Made by a program: the position numbers and the translations under genes
Origin: Williopsis jadinii
Lineage: Eukaryota
Assembly (NCBI GenBank): GCA_024346625.1
Contig: AP024664.1
Location: 4,464,001 to 4,528,000 of the forward strand
Reading direction: 5' to 3'
Length of the DNA: 64,000 nt
In this document: positions 44,516-55,583 of the stretch, piece by piece
Layout: every line of letters starts with the position of its first letter
Numbering within the stretch: position 1 is the stretch's first letter
The notes under the pieces: generated by a model
Seen by the model: only the letters and a program-made list of their open reading frames with translations
Told to the model about the DNA's origin: nothing
The model's database searches: none

Positions 44516-44877
44516 AGTCACTACGAAGGTTTAATCGAGGCTTCTCAGCTCCAGAGATTGGCGAAGAGAGCGTGGAACCATGTTGTATTGATACAGATTG
44601 AAGTTCTCTATCGTGAGCCATCAACCTCACAGGAAAGGCATTCCACACAACCAGAACAACGGTGCAAGAGGTCCAGGCGATGATGAACAAGAATACGGAG
44701 GTGGTCACTGATGAGAAATATAAGGGAGAGCCGGTTAAAAGAGAAGTCACAGAGACAGAAGAAGTCCTCTTCTTTAGGTGGAGGTCAATAGAGCAGGTTA
44801 CGTGTTCGTTTCCTACGTATAAAGTAGTTGAGCACTTTTATACAACAACTTTTTGTAAAGGAAGCCACATCACGAAA

Positions 44878-46965
44878 CTAGAGGTTGTCAATATCGTTGA
44901 ACAAATCAGTAAATCTCTGCTCTTGATACTTGACGCTTGCTTTAAATTTCTCAAAATCAAGCTTCAACTTAGCGTCGAAATAAACCAGGTTGCCATACGC
45001 AACAGTCAATCTGTAAGCAGCTTCAGATGAGGCGTTATTCACGGGGCCTCCAATGGTTTGTAATTTGTCCAAGACCAGCTCTGCAAGCTTTTTCGATTGG
45101 TACTTGACTGTGTAGATACTGAAGTTCAATAAAACAGTGGCAATTGCGTTGGCAACGTTCACTTGGTGCTTTCCAAGTGAATCAGGGTTGAAACTAATGA
45201 CTTTTAATAGCTTCGAGGCAACGTCGAGATCAGTTATTATGGATTCACCCCATCTCTCGTTCAAAAAAACGTTGGAAACCATTCTCAACGTCATAAAGTA
45301 CAGAGGTGGTTGGGATGGATCCAGCCCTATTCTGATTGCCTCCGTCAACACCGCTGGTGGCGTATCCAACTTGTTGATTATATATCTGAGAATGTCAAAT
45401 CCAACAAGTTTGTTTGACCAGGTTGTAATGATCTCTGTGGATACAGACAGTAATCCATTGGCATCACCAGTTTTGAAATCGTTTTCAACTTTACTCAATT
45501 GAGACATATCAAACGTCTTTTCAACATCGTTAAACTTCTTTAAACCTTTCAAGATCGAATCGTGGTTATCAAGTGTAAATCCCAAGTACTGTTTGTGTGG
45601 AACCAATTTTTCCCTTCTGGTGTCGGCATATGGATTCGAATAGTCTGATTGTTGATTGATAGTAACACCTTGTGTATTTGTAGTGATGAATTGAACAACT
45701 TGGTCGGTATAACTTGTTGGCAATTCGTTCTTCTCAAGAAATCTCGAGGCAGCAACATAAGGATTTTCACTAACGTTGTATGGTAATTTCAATGCTGGTT
45801 CTCCATCTTTGACGTCAACGTCAAAGACAAAGTCCCATTTTTTACCATCATATTCCACCTTTTTATCACTTGTACTTCCACCAACAACTTCACCAATCTT
45901 GGTCCATTTATTCTCAGTCCATTGATACGCTTCATTGACACCTGCAGGTGATTTGACGACAACAACCTGTCCTTCTTTAGAGCCTGGTGATTGTAAAACC
46001 TCTGGTGCTGAAGCCTTGGATTCATCGAAAGCCTCGGAATTCAAAGCCATTGATTCCACTGAATCTTGTAACTCCTTGATTTCCTCCTTAGAAGCAGCCC
46101 TTTCTGCGTCTCTCGTAAAGATACGAATGCTGTTATCACTACTCCCAACGACAATGTCATCATTTGGAAGCACTGCAACTGTCCAGATAGAGATACAGGG
46201 CAAGCGAATGACCTGATGAGGCTTCCCATCTCTCCAAATTCTCACTGATCTATCCTCACCGCAGCTCACTATATCACCGTTTGAAAGCAGCTTCACAGAG
46301 TATACAAAGCTATCATGACCAGAGAGTTCCTCGATCAAGTCGCCGTTGAAGTCTGTCACTCTCAAAGTTCCATCATTTGAGGCACTGATAAACCCTCTGT
46401 CTTGAGGTAAAATAGCCAAACTACGAACCACATCGCTATGACCCACAAAGGTCTTTAGCTCCTTGGACTTATGCCATAGCTTCACGGTTCTATCTGCAGA
46501 GCATGTTAGATAGCGATCCTTTCCCAAGATCTTGACGTCCCACACCGACGCGCTATGCCCTTCCAAGGTGTACTTCAGCTGGTTATTCTCCCAAACTTTC
46601 GCCGTAGCATCCCAACTACCGCTGATGATCTGGGTGCCATCAGTGTCCAAGGAGCAAACGTTTGACTCGTGTCCAATAAGCGTGAAAGAAGGCTCCAGCT
46701 GGACGGAGAAGAGATCTGTGAGGTTGATGAGTTTATCCTGCCCTCCAGATATGATCAGAGTCTTCAACGAGTCGAATGCTAAACTGTTGACGAAGCCACC
46801 AGACGTGAAGTTGATCTTTGAGCTCCACACCGCTTCCTTCGTCCACACCCTCACCGTACGGTCTCTCGACGCTGAGATGATGGTGTCGTTGAAGGGCGCA
46901 ACCAATGCCTTCACGTCATCTTCGTGGCCTTCCAGAGTGGCAGATAATTGGAAATAACCATCCAT
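44878..46965 (-). CDS. DOA1: WD40-PFU-PUL ubiquitin/Cdc48 adaptor Doa1 (Ufd3)
   Basis: FQLSATLEGHEDDVK, WD repeats, DFVFDVDVKDGEPALKLPYN (PFU), SEAAYRLTVAYGNL (PUL). Likely ATG at 46965. Confidence 0.93.
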   Translation of the reverse strand: MDGYFQLSATLEGHEDDVKALVAPFNDTIISASRDRTVRVWTKEAVWSSKINFTSGGFVNSLAFDSLKTLIISGGQDKLINLTDLFSVQLEPSFTLIGHESNVCSLDTDGTQIISGSWDATAKVWENNQLKYTLEGHSASVWDVKILGKDRYLTCSADRTVKLWHKSKELKTFVGHSDVVRSLAILPQDRGFISASNDGTLRVTDFNGDLIEELSGHDSFVYSVKLLSNGDIVSCGEDRSVRIWRDGKPHQVIRLPCISIWTVAVLPNDDIVVGSSDNSIRIFTRDAERAASKEEIKELQDSVESMALNSEAFDESKASAPEVLQSPGSKEGQVVVVKSPAGVNEAYQWTENKWTKIGEVVGGSTSDKKVEYDGKKWDFVFDVDVKDGEPALKLPYNVSENPYVAASRFLEKNELPTSYTDQVVQFITTNTQGVTINQQSDYSNPYADTRREKLVPHKQYLGFTLDNHDSILKGLKKFNDVEKTFDMSQLSKVENDFKTGDANGLLSVSTEIITTWSNKLVGFDILRYIINKLDTPPAVLTEAIRIGLDPSQPPLYFMTLRMVSNVFLNERWGESIITDLDVASKLLKVISFNPDSLGKHQVNVANAIATVLLNFSIYTVKYQSKKLAELVLDKLQTIGGPVNNASSEAAYRLTVAYGNLVYFDAKLKLDFEKFKASVKYQEQRFTDLFNDIDNL

Positions 46966-47225
46966 TGTGCTGTTCCGCCTTGTATGAGTGGTTTCAGTCT
47001 CAGGTAAAAAGCTCCGCTTTGAAGTGAGGGAACGAAATGTAAACAAAGGAGCTAGGGCCACCTCCACCAGAAAGCCACAAGAAGTCGCCACCATCCACGA
47101 AAACAATTTCGACTGTATCATGTTTTTCCAATGTCCACAACACGTGATACGCTACCCCCGGAATTTCGTAAACGCACACCCGTCGGCCCCTTTTTTCTTT
47201 TTGTGTACCGGCTTTTCGCTCCGTA

Positions 47226-47250
47226 CATCATCAACATCAACATCAACATC

Positions 47251-47282
<32 letters not shown>

Positions 47283-47283
47283 C
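47226..47283. repeat. (CATCAA)n/(CAA)n microsatellite in the SAC1 leader
   Basis: Read directly. Confidence 0.9.
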
Positions 47284-47331
47284 CCTTAGCTCCCCTGCTT
47301 TGTTCCCAAAACCACATCCACACACTCACAA

Positions 47332-49277
47332 ATGGCTACCCCGTTGCTCTATGCGAAGTTCGAGGATGGCTATATCTTCAAACTGGCTTCTTCTCAGAGC
47401 TCTGTGCTTCACATTGGCCTCAATGGATCCCAGCTTGTGAAACCAGGTATGTTACACATTCGTCAACCTCTGTCTGTTCTGTATATCCATACGAGGTTGT
47501 TTACGTGTCTTTTTGCTTGTGTTACTAACCCCCAGATGTAGAGTTCTTCCCTGTGAGTGGAATCAACTCAATCGCTGCTATTATTGGTGTCATTAGGCTT
47601 CGTTCGTCTCGGTACATTGTTGTCGCTACAAAGACCACGGAAGTTGGCCAGATCCGCCAGGAATCCATCAACAGAGTCACAGAGTATAAGGTGTTGCCCT
47701 TGTCCAACTCGTTTTTGAAGGACGACGATGAGCAGAAATACCTTGAATTGTTGAAATTCCATCTGGACAACGCGCAGTTGCACTTTTCTTATACGTACGA
47801 CTTGACAAATTCTCATCAGAGACAGGCCCAGCAGAAGTTTGACGTTACCACACCACTGTGGAGAAGAGCAGACGATAGATTCTTCTGGAACCACTATGTC
47901 ACAGAAGAATTGATCCAACTGGCACAAAATGACTCTCGTCTGGACCCATTCATCGTACCAATGATTTACGGATACGCCAAAATCGTCCACACAACCACAA
48001 ACAACAAGCCAATCTCATTTGGTATCATCACTAGAAGAAGTAGATTGAGAGCAGGAACAAGATACTTCCGTCGTGGTATTGATGCCGAGGGTAACGTGGC
48101 AAACTTTAACGAAACTGAACAGTTGCTCATCTTGCACAATGCAAAGGATGAATACGACACCTGCAGTTACTTGCAAACAAGAGGTTCTGTGCCAGTGTAT
48201 TGGGCAGAGGTGAACAACTTGAAGTACAAGCCTGAGCTGAGCATTGGTGAGCCCCCACTAGACGCTGCTCAAAAGCACTTTGAACAACAGGTTGCACTCT
48301 ACGGTGATAACTACTTGGTCAACTTAGTCAACGCAAAGGGTTATGAGTTCCCTGTGAAGAACGCGTACGAAAACGTTGTCACAGCACTCAACAACCCACA
48401 CTTGCACTATATATACTTTGATTATCACCATGAGTGCAGAAACTTGAAATGGCACAGGGTGAAGATCCTCATCGACCATCTTAGCCAATTAGGCTTGTCA
48501 AGCTCGGATTACTACCACGATCACAGAGTTGGTGATTCAATTAAGGTGCTCCACGTTCAGCAATCCATAGTCCGTACAAATTGTATGGACTGCTTGGACA
48601 GAACGAACGTTGTCCAATCTACGTTGGGTCATTGGATCTTACAGAAACAGTTGGAGATGGGTAACGTATTACCACAAGGGTCAGTCTGGGAAAATGACAA
48701 ACTCTTGTTGTTCAAGTTCCAAAACATTTGGGCTGATAATGCAGATGCTGTCAGTAAAGCCTACTCCAGCACCGGTGCTTTGAAAACCGACTATACAAGA
48801 ACTGGTAAGAGAACCAAGAAAGGTGCTCTTAACGATCTATTGAACTCTATCACAAGATATTACAGAAATAATTTGAGAGATGGTCCAAGACAGGATGCTT
48901 ACGACTTGTTCCTTGGTCAATTCAGTCCATACAGAGCTGTTGATTCACCATTCAAGGATAACAGACCACCTTTTGTACAGGCTGCTCCGTATTTACTAGT
49001 TGCATCTTCTGTTCTTTTCCTTTCTGCTCTGCTGTTCCCAAGAGGATCTCTAACCAGCTTAAAGAACTTGTTCTTGTTGGCATCTTGTTTCGCCCTAGCA
49101 AGTTTTACTGGATTTTACATAGCTAAGAACGGGATTCAATTTGTGTACTGGCCAAAGCTTGTCGGTCTGGACTATCTCGATAAGCATGACATTATCTCTG
49201 ATGGTAAGGTGTTGGGTCTCAAGTACACCAAGAGTCCAAAGTATCAAAGTCCAGCAGAGCTTTCAAAGTCTGATTAG
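47332..49277 (+). CDS. SAC1: Phosphoinositide phosphatase Sac1, 2 exons (47332-47446, 47536-49277)
   Basis: Intron GTATGT...TACTAAC...CAG restores frame. RAGTRYFRRG, RGSVP, RTNCMDCLDRTNVVQ, two C-terminal TM helices. Confidence 0.95.
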
Positions 49278-49370
49278 AAATATTAAATAGATATTCTCTA
49301 CGCCTTTCTTGCTCTCTTTCCTTATATAAATGGTCTATATACTATGCTTTTATTTTGCTCCTCAAGAGGC

Positions 49371-50813
49371 TCAACCTAGTATGCTATCAACGAATTCTTT
49401 TGTACTCTCAGCTCTCATCAGTGCTTCTCCAACGAGGAATCCGTGTACATCATCCCCATACTTCTTTGCATCTGCACCGCTCAGGATACCAGAAAGAGCA
49501 ATTAACAACGTTCCCTTTGGTGCCAATGATGTCAAGTTTGAGGTGGTGTTCAAGTCAACGGTGAACGAGTGTAAATCCCTGTTGTTCACACCAATGACCT
49601 TTGGTTCTAAAGCCAATGCCCTTTCAAACTCATCCTTGGAGCTAACCTCAACCAATGGTTCCATTCCCAAACTGACAGAGTAATGGTACAATTTCTTCAG
49701 AAGAGCATCATCCAGCATCTTAACAATTAATAAGACCGTATCAGCACCGGCAAGTCTTGCCTCCAAGATTTGGTATTCACTAAAGATGAACTCCTTTCTA
49801 AGCACTGCAGGCCTGTTTGGCAATTGGTTGATGACTTGACGGACGTTTTTCAAATCATCGAGAGATCCCTTGAACCAATGAGGTTCTGTCAGCACAGAGA
49901 TTGCAGATGCACCACATTGGGCATAGTTAAGAGCTTGAGCTGCGGCATTGGCTTGTAAATCGATAGGTCCTTTAGATGGCGATGCTCTCTTGATCTCAGC
50001 GATGAGGGCCTTCTTTGGTGCAGATTGTTGCAATCTGTCGTAAAAGTTCACCAGTGGTGGAGCCAATCCCAATTCCAGATTCTTCTTCAAGTCTTCAAAG
50101 GTGAAGCCTGGAATCTGTTGTCTCTCTGCAACGTCGCTTCTTCTTTGGTTATAGATCTTGTCCAAGATTGAAGTTTTCGGTTTTTTCAAGCCAGACTCTT
50201 GGATCTCTTCGTGAGAGCCTTCGCCATCCCAATAACCACCTCTGTACGACAGGATATTTCTCATCATACGGTGTCCTTCCTCAGTGAGGATACTCTCTGG
50301 ATGGAACTGGACACCTTCAATTATGAACTTCTTATGGCGTACGCCCATGATGATTCCCGAATCTGTCTTTGCGGTGACCTCCAAATCATCCGGCAAAGTA
50401 CTGGTACTACCGGCCAACGAGTGGTATCTGGTCACTGCGATTCCCTGTGGGACGTCTTTGAACATTCCCTTAGCGTCATGGCTAATGGTTGAAGTTTTCC
50501 CGTGGACGATCTCACCGGCATAGCCAACTTCACCACCAAATACTGAAAAGATACACTGCTGACCCATACAGATACCAAAGATTGGCTTCTTTCCGGCAAA
50601 GTGCTTGATCACATCTCTGGAGATACCCGAGTCCGTCTCTGGGTGACCTGGACCAGGAGAGATCACAATGATGTCAGGGTTCATCTGTTCAATCTCTTCG
50701 TTCGTAATCTTGTCGTTTCTGTAGACATCAACCTTTGCACCCTCCTGGCAAAGGTATTCGTACAGGTTCCAAGTGAAGGAGTCGTAATTGTCAATGAGGA
50801 TAACGTGTGTCAT
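49371..50813 (-). CDS. TRP3: Anthranilate synthase component II / indole-3-glycerol-phosphate synthase
   Basis: [48 protein letters not shown]. Confidence 0.97.
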   Translation of the reverse strand: MTHVILIDNYDSFTWNLYEYLCQEGAKVDVYRNDKITNEEIEQMNPDIIVISPGPGHPETDSGISRDVIKHFAGKKPIFGICMGQQCIFSVFGGEVGYAGEIVHGKTSTISHDAKGMFKDVPQGIAVTRYHSLAGSTSTLPDDLEVTAKTDSGIIMGVRHKKFIIEGVQFHPESILTEEGHRMMRNILSYRGGYWDGEGSHEEIQESGLKKPKTSILDKIYNQRRSDVAERQQIPGFTFEDLKKNLELGLAPPLVNFYDRLQQSAPKKALIAEIKRASPSKGPIDLQANAAAQALNYAQCGASAISVLTEPHWFKGSLDDLKNVRQVINQLPNRPAVLRKEFIFSEYQILEARLAGADTVLLIVKMLDDALLKKLYHYSVSLGMEPLVEVSSKDEFERALALEPKVIGVNNRDLHSFTVDLNTTSNLTSLAPKGTLLIALSGILSGADAKKYGDDVHGFLVGEALMRAESTKEFVDSILG

Positions 50814-51097
50814 GGTTATAAACCTGTCGACGTGCCAATTTCTGCTGTTACAATGGAGTTCAGAAGGAGAAAGTTGGCCGCATTGATCGAGTCATCGAGA
50901 CGTAAACATTTTTTTGCGAAGCTCTCGACGCCCAGTTGGTGTATGGGTGTTTGCGTGTCCGGGTGTGTGGTCTGTGGTGTCCGGGTGTTTCCACACAGCG
51001 CCCAACCGGCCCTCAAAGGCAACAACAACGTCAACAAAACAAGCTGGGATGCGCCCATAACTACGGAATTAGTACCGAGGCATCAAAGGTTACAACG

Positions 51098-51897
51098 ATG
51101 GCAGATGCATTTGAGAAGTCGCTAGATGAGATCATTGGTGATTCGAGGGTATGGGATGGTTGTGTTGCCCGAGCTGAGGCTGAATTATAACTAACTGGTG
51201 TTGAAGGACCATTCGAGAAGACAGAGAAGTGAGCGTCCTCGCCAAAGACAAGACCGTAGGGATCGCAGAGATGTGGATCTAGAGAGAGGACCACGTAGAG
51301 GTGGCTCGAACAGCTACAGGGAGAGAGAATATAAGCCACGTGAGACTAAACTACAGAGGCTAAGGTGTGTATCCCCCCCCCCCTGTATTCCAATGGAATT
51401 GATGATTCCCCTTGGTTCTGATTTCGCTAACATTAGTACACAGTGGTGGTGAGCCATATATCAAGATTTCGAATCTGTATTACGAGCTGACACAGCAAGA
51501 CGTTGAGGTAAGTGATTGATACGCTGTGACGTTATTTTTGTCCGATTTACTAACCTTCTCGTGATTACAGGAGCTGCTTGAAAGAATTGGGAAGACCAGA
51601 TTTGTCCTTGTTGAGTTTGCCAGGGATGGACGTAGCAGTGGTGTAGCATACGCCTCCTATGAGAACCCGGACGACAACATCACTGCCGTGAACAAGTTTG
51701 ACGGTAAGAAGGCTGCCAATCAGATCATTGACGTTGAGTTGATCAAACCACTTGTCATTGGAGGATTCAACCGTAGCAGGGAGAGACATAACCCAAGATC
51801 AAGAAGAGCGAGACCAAAGAAGGCAACAGCAGAAGACTTGGACAAGGAGCTCGAGCAGTACATGGACAACAAGCCATTCCCTGCTACAACAGAGTGA
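51098..51897 (+). CDS. Aly/REF-family (Yra1/Yra2-like) mRNA export adaptor with RRM, 4 exons (51098-51148, 51207-51364, 51444-51507, 51571-51897), ~199 aa
   Basis: N-box EKSLDEIIG, RRM (IKISNLYYELTQQDVEELL...GRSSGVAY) and C-box TAEDLDKELEQYM; three introns join these in frame. Confidence 0.85.
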
Positions 51898-52107
51898 TTA
51901 CTACTGTGCGTGTGGTGAAAGAGTTTATAAAAGAAAAGAACATACTATTCTGTTTTCCGTTTCTATGTACAACCAAAGCTAGAGAAATCGCAGGCATTCT
52001 ATTACAAAATTAGACAAGTATCAAGACAAAACTATCTTCTTTTTTCTCTTGCTGTTCTTTCTCTTCTTCTCTAAGATCAACGTAAAAGATAAAGATCAGA
52101 AATACGC

Positions 52108-53043
52108 TTAGTGACCACCACCACCAATCTCGATAGATGGAGGACAGTTCAAAGCTGGCTTCAAGGAACCGTAGATGGTAAATTGCAAGGAAGTCAAGGT
52201 ACCAACCATAACCAAACGAGTTGGCAAACCAGCAAATGAACCAACAACACCCAATTGCTTGGCCAAGGAGAACAACAAACCCATGGTGGATTGACCTGGA
52301 GCCTTCTTGGTCTTGTTAACCTTAGACAACAAAGTGTCAGCTGGTTGGGAAACAATGGCAGCAGCGAAACCAGCAGTCAAACCAGAGGCCAAGTTAACAA
52401 CGGTGTGGGTACCTTGGGACAAGTCCTTCTTTGGAGTAGAGAAGAAACCGTAGTACAATGAAGAAGCTCTCTCATAGACAAGGAACTTAGCAATGTTGTA
52501 TGGAATTTGCTTGAACAAGATTGGGGTGAAACCAGCGTAGAAAGAACCGACACCTTCCTCTCTGAAGATTCTTGAGAAACCACCAATCAAACCGTTGGCG
52601 AACTCTGGTTGGGAAACCAATCTGATTCTGGTAGCCTCCAATGGACAAAGAGCAATGTCAGCAAAGAACTCAGCAATGGCGGCAGAACCAATGTAGACGG
52701 CATCCTTGTACTTGGTAGCGGTCTCAATACCCAAGTAGTCGATGAAGGTCTTCTTGAACAACTCGTAACCACCAAACTTGAAAGCACCTTGGAGGGAGTA
52801 ACCGAGAACGGTTGGTCCCAAACCGGTCAAAAGAGCGCCAGCACCCTCGTTGGCAATCACTTGTCTGAAAGAACCAACGGTACCCTTGTTGTACACAGTT
52901 GGCTCCAATTGAATTCTGGTCTTGACGACATCAATTGGGGTCATGGCACCGTGGGTGGTACCACATCCAATGGCACCGGCAAGGGCGAACTTGGAGTAGT
53001 CGGCGATTGTGTATTGTGGGAGGGCGGATTGAGAAGAAGACAT
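52108..53043 (-). CDS. MIR1: Mitochondrial phosphate carrier
   Basis: [51 protein letters not shown]. Confidence 0.95.
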   Translation of the reverse strand: MSSSQSALPQYTIADYSKFALAGAIGCGTTHGAMTPIDVVKTRIQLEPTVYNKGTVGSFRQVIANEGAGALLTGLGPTVLGYSLQGAFKFGGYELFKKTFIDYLGIETATKYKDAVYIGSAAIAEFFADIALCPLEATRIRLVSQPEFANGLIGGFSRIFREEGVGSFYAGFTPILFKQIPYNIAKFLVYERASSLYYGFFSTPKKDLSQGTHTVVNLASGLTAGFAAAIVSQPADTLLSKVNKTKKAPGQSTMGLLFSLAKQLGVVGSFAGLPTRLVMVGTLTSLQFTIYGSLKPALNCPPSIEIGGGGH

Positions 53044-54081
53044 CGATGAATATGAATAGAATGGAGTCCTTGAGGGAAAAGAGAAGGGAAAGAGAAGGGA
53101 GAAATTTCAACGAGGAAGAGAAATTTTATGGGCGACGTTCCAAGAGCCGTTTTTGTTGTCCGAACCGAAAACGAAATCTAAGGGACGCGAAAAAGAAAAG
53201 TGAGGGAAAAAAGCGGGAAAATACTGCGCTGTGATTGGTCAGGCTCTCCCACGCTTTATTCCTTCTGTTCACCAAGTTCCCACACGTTTGAGCCATAACG
53301 AACGCGTTTGTTTACCTTTTGGGTGTCCCAGGAGACGGTTCTACGCCTTTCTTCAGCCGTTGTGGTGTTCTTTTTTACTCTACGAGACGTGCTGTGTGCC
53401 AGGCTGCTACCAGCAAAACCCCACGGGGGCTGCCTATGGCTGTTGGTCGCTGTGAGGGCTCTCCTTCTCTTGGAGATACAACCAACGGGTGTCGGGAGAA
53501 CGAGGGAGCAAGGGACTCTAACGGCTAGGCAGGAACTGTGGCATTTCTATCACACAGACGAGTCGAATGGGTTGAACAATCGAACAATTGAACAATGGAG
53601 TGTGGTTTCGTCTCAGCGTACTGGACTGCATTTACAAAGGCAATGGCGAAACACAACAACTGCATGCATTCGTGGGAATTGACGAGCTGCTGTGAGCCAC
53701 CTCCGGGACGAGCAACCCAACCATGGAAGCTCTGCTTTTCGATGATATCATCACTTCAAGCGTGGAAAGTTTGAGATCTAAAGGGGAGATAAAAAAGAAA
53801 AGAAACTGAGCTTAGTGAAAAGTTGGCAAAACACCCGCAAAGTGTCCTCGGATTGCGCTCGTATTCGAGAGCATCACAATTTTTCACCCTCGGATTTGCG
53901 GCCTGAGCAGATCGGACGGCGTTTTCCTCTTTGGGAACACGACCTTTTCCCTCCGCTGTTTATCTTATCGAATCATAGGCATCGGTTTCGAAAGCTACTC
54001 GCGTATATAAAAGACCTTTCCTCTCCTCTCTTCCTTCGCTCTTGCTTCACTAGTTCTCATCTTCATCCTCCACCAACAACA

Positions 54082-55566
54082 ATGGCTGAATACGACATCG
54101 TCATCCACAATGGCCATATAGTCACCGCCTCTGACATCCTGGGACCTAAGGTCCACATCGGTATTAAAGACGGCATCATCAAGACAATGACGACCGAAAA
54201 GATAACAGGTACCAAGGTTATAGACGCTGAAGGTGCGTACATCACGCCTGGAGGCATTGATGCCCATGTGCATTTGGATCAGGACGATTTCCCGAACGGT
54301 GATACTTTCGAAACGGGAACTCGAAGTGCCATCGCTGGTGGTACAACATCGATCATTGCGTTTGCACTGCAACCAAAGGGTCAACATGACTTGGAGAAGG
54401 CAGTGGATAACTACTTCGAGAGAACAGAGTGTGGTGCCTACTGTGATTATGGGTTCCATTTGATCTTAAGTGATCCAACTCCTGAGGTTCTCAAGCAATT
54501 GCCTAGAATGGTTGAAAGAGGATTGACGAGTTTGAAGGTCTTCACGACTTATCCTATGTACAAGATTAACGATTCAGAGTTGTTGGATGTGTTGTTGGAA
54601 ACCAGAAAGTTGAAGATAACCATGATGATTCATGCCGAGAACTACGATGTTATCAAATATTTGAACGAAAAATTGGAACAGAAGAAACTAACTGATCCAT
54701 ACTACCATGCTGTGTCAAGACCTGAAGAGGCTGAAGATGAGGCATCTTACAGAGTCATTACTCTCTCGAAGTTTGTCGATACACCAATCCTCATCGTTCA
54801 TATGTCTTGCGAGGCTTCGATCAACCACGTAGAGAACGCACAAAAGAAGTTGTTGCCGGTGTACGCTGAGACTTGTCCTCAGTACCTGTTCTTGACAAGT
54901 GACTACTTAAAGGCTGGATGTGAACACCATGTCCACCCAGAGGACCCATTTGAAGGTGCTAAATACATCTGTTCGCCACCTCTAAGAGCAGATACCACTG
55001 AATTGGACGGTGTTTGGAGAAAGATCCAGAATGGAACCGTCACAATCTTTTCGAGTGATCATGCTCCATCCATCTATGAGCATCCAAACGGTAAAAAGAG
55101 AGGTCTCATTAACGGACTGCCACATTATCAGCACATTCCAAATGGTCTCTCGGGTGTTGAAACCAGAGTACCACTGCTGTTCTGCTATGGTGTTGAAACG
55201 GGACGTATAACACCACAGAGGTTTGTTGAACTTTGCTCGACAAACCCTGCAAAGATCTATGGTTTGAGCGAAACAAAGGGATCCATCGGTGTTGGTATGG
55301 ATGCTGATATCACTATTTGGTATCCAAAGGGTAAAATGTTGCCATTTGAATTGACAAACGAAATGTTGCACCACCAAATCGATCATACAGCATTTGCAGG
55401 TATGACCTTCACCAACTGGCCAAAGTACACGGTCGTTAGGGGTGAACTAGTTTGGGATAGGGATAATGGTGGAATTGTTGGTAAACTGGGCTTTGGTAAG
55501 TTCTTAAAAAGAGGTGCATCTGCGTTGGCTGGTCCAAGAAAGGAACTAAACCCCATCCTTGCTTAA
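54082..55566 (+). CDS. PYD2: Dihydropyrimidinase / D-hydantoinase (cyclic amidohydrolase)
   Basis: PGGIDAHVH, GTRSAIAGGTT, HAEN, ETCPQYL, CSPPLR, SSDHAP, IPNG. First ATG at 54082. Confidence 0.85.
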   Translation: MAEYDIVIHNGHIVTASDILGPKVHIGIKDGIIKTMTTEKITGTKVIDAEGAYITPGGIDAHVHLDQDDFPNGDTFETGTRSAIAGGTTSIIAFALQPKGQHDLEKAVDNYFERTECGAYCDYGFHLILSDPTPEVLKQLPRMVERGLTSLKVFTTYPMYKINDSELLDVLLETRKLKITMMIHAENYDVIKYLNEKLEQKKLTDPYYHAVSRPEEAEDEASYRVITLSKFVDTPILIVHMSCEASINHVENAQKKLLPVYAETCPQYLFLTSDYLKAGCEHHVHPEDPFEGAKYICSPPLRADTTELDGVWRKIQNGTVTIFSSDHAPSIYEHPNGKKRGLINGLPHYQHIPNGLSGVETRVPLLFCYGVETGRITPQRFVELCSTNPAKIYGLSETKGSIGVGMDADITIWYPKGKMLPFELTNEMLHHQIDHTAFAGMTFTNWPKYTVVRGELVWDRDNGGIVGKLGFGKFLKRGASALAGPRKELNPILA

Positions 55567-55583
55567 AATAACATTATTATGAA

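Larger units (their letters stand above)
43108..44785 (+). mobile_element. Ty3/gypsy-derived gag-only element, no pol and no recognisable LTRs
   Basis: Purine-rich leader abutting the tRNA 5' end, gag ORF, and a PPT-like end GTCCTCTTCTTTAGGTGGAGG near 44764-44784. Confidence 0.6.
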
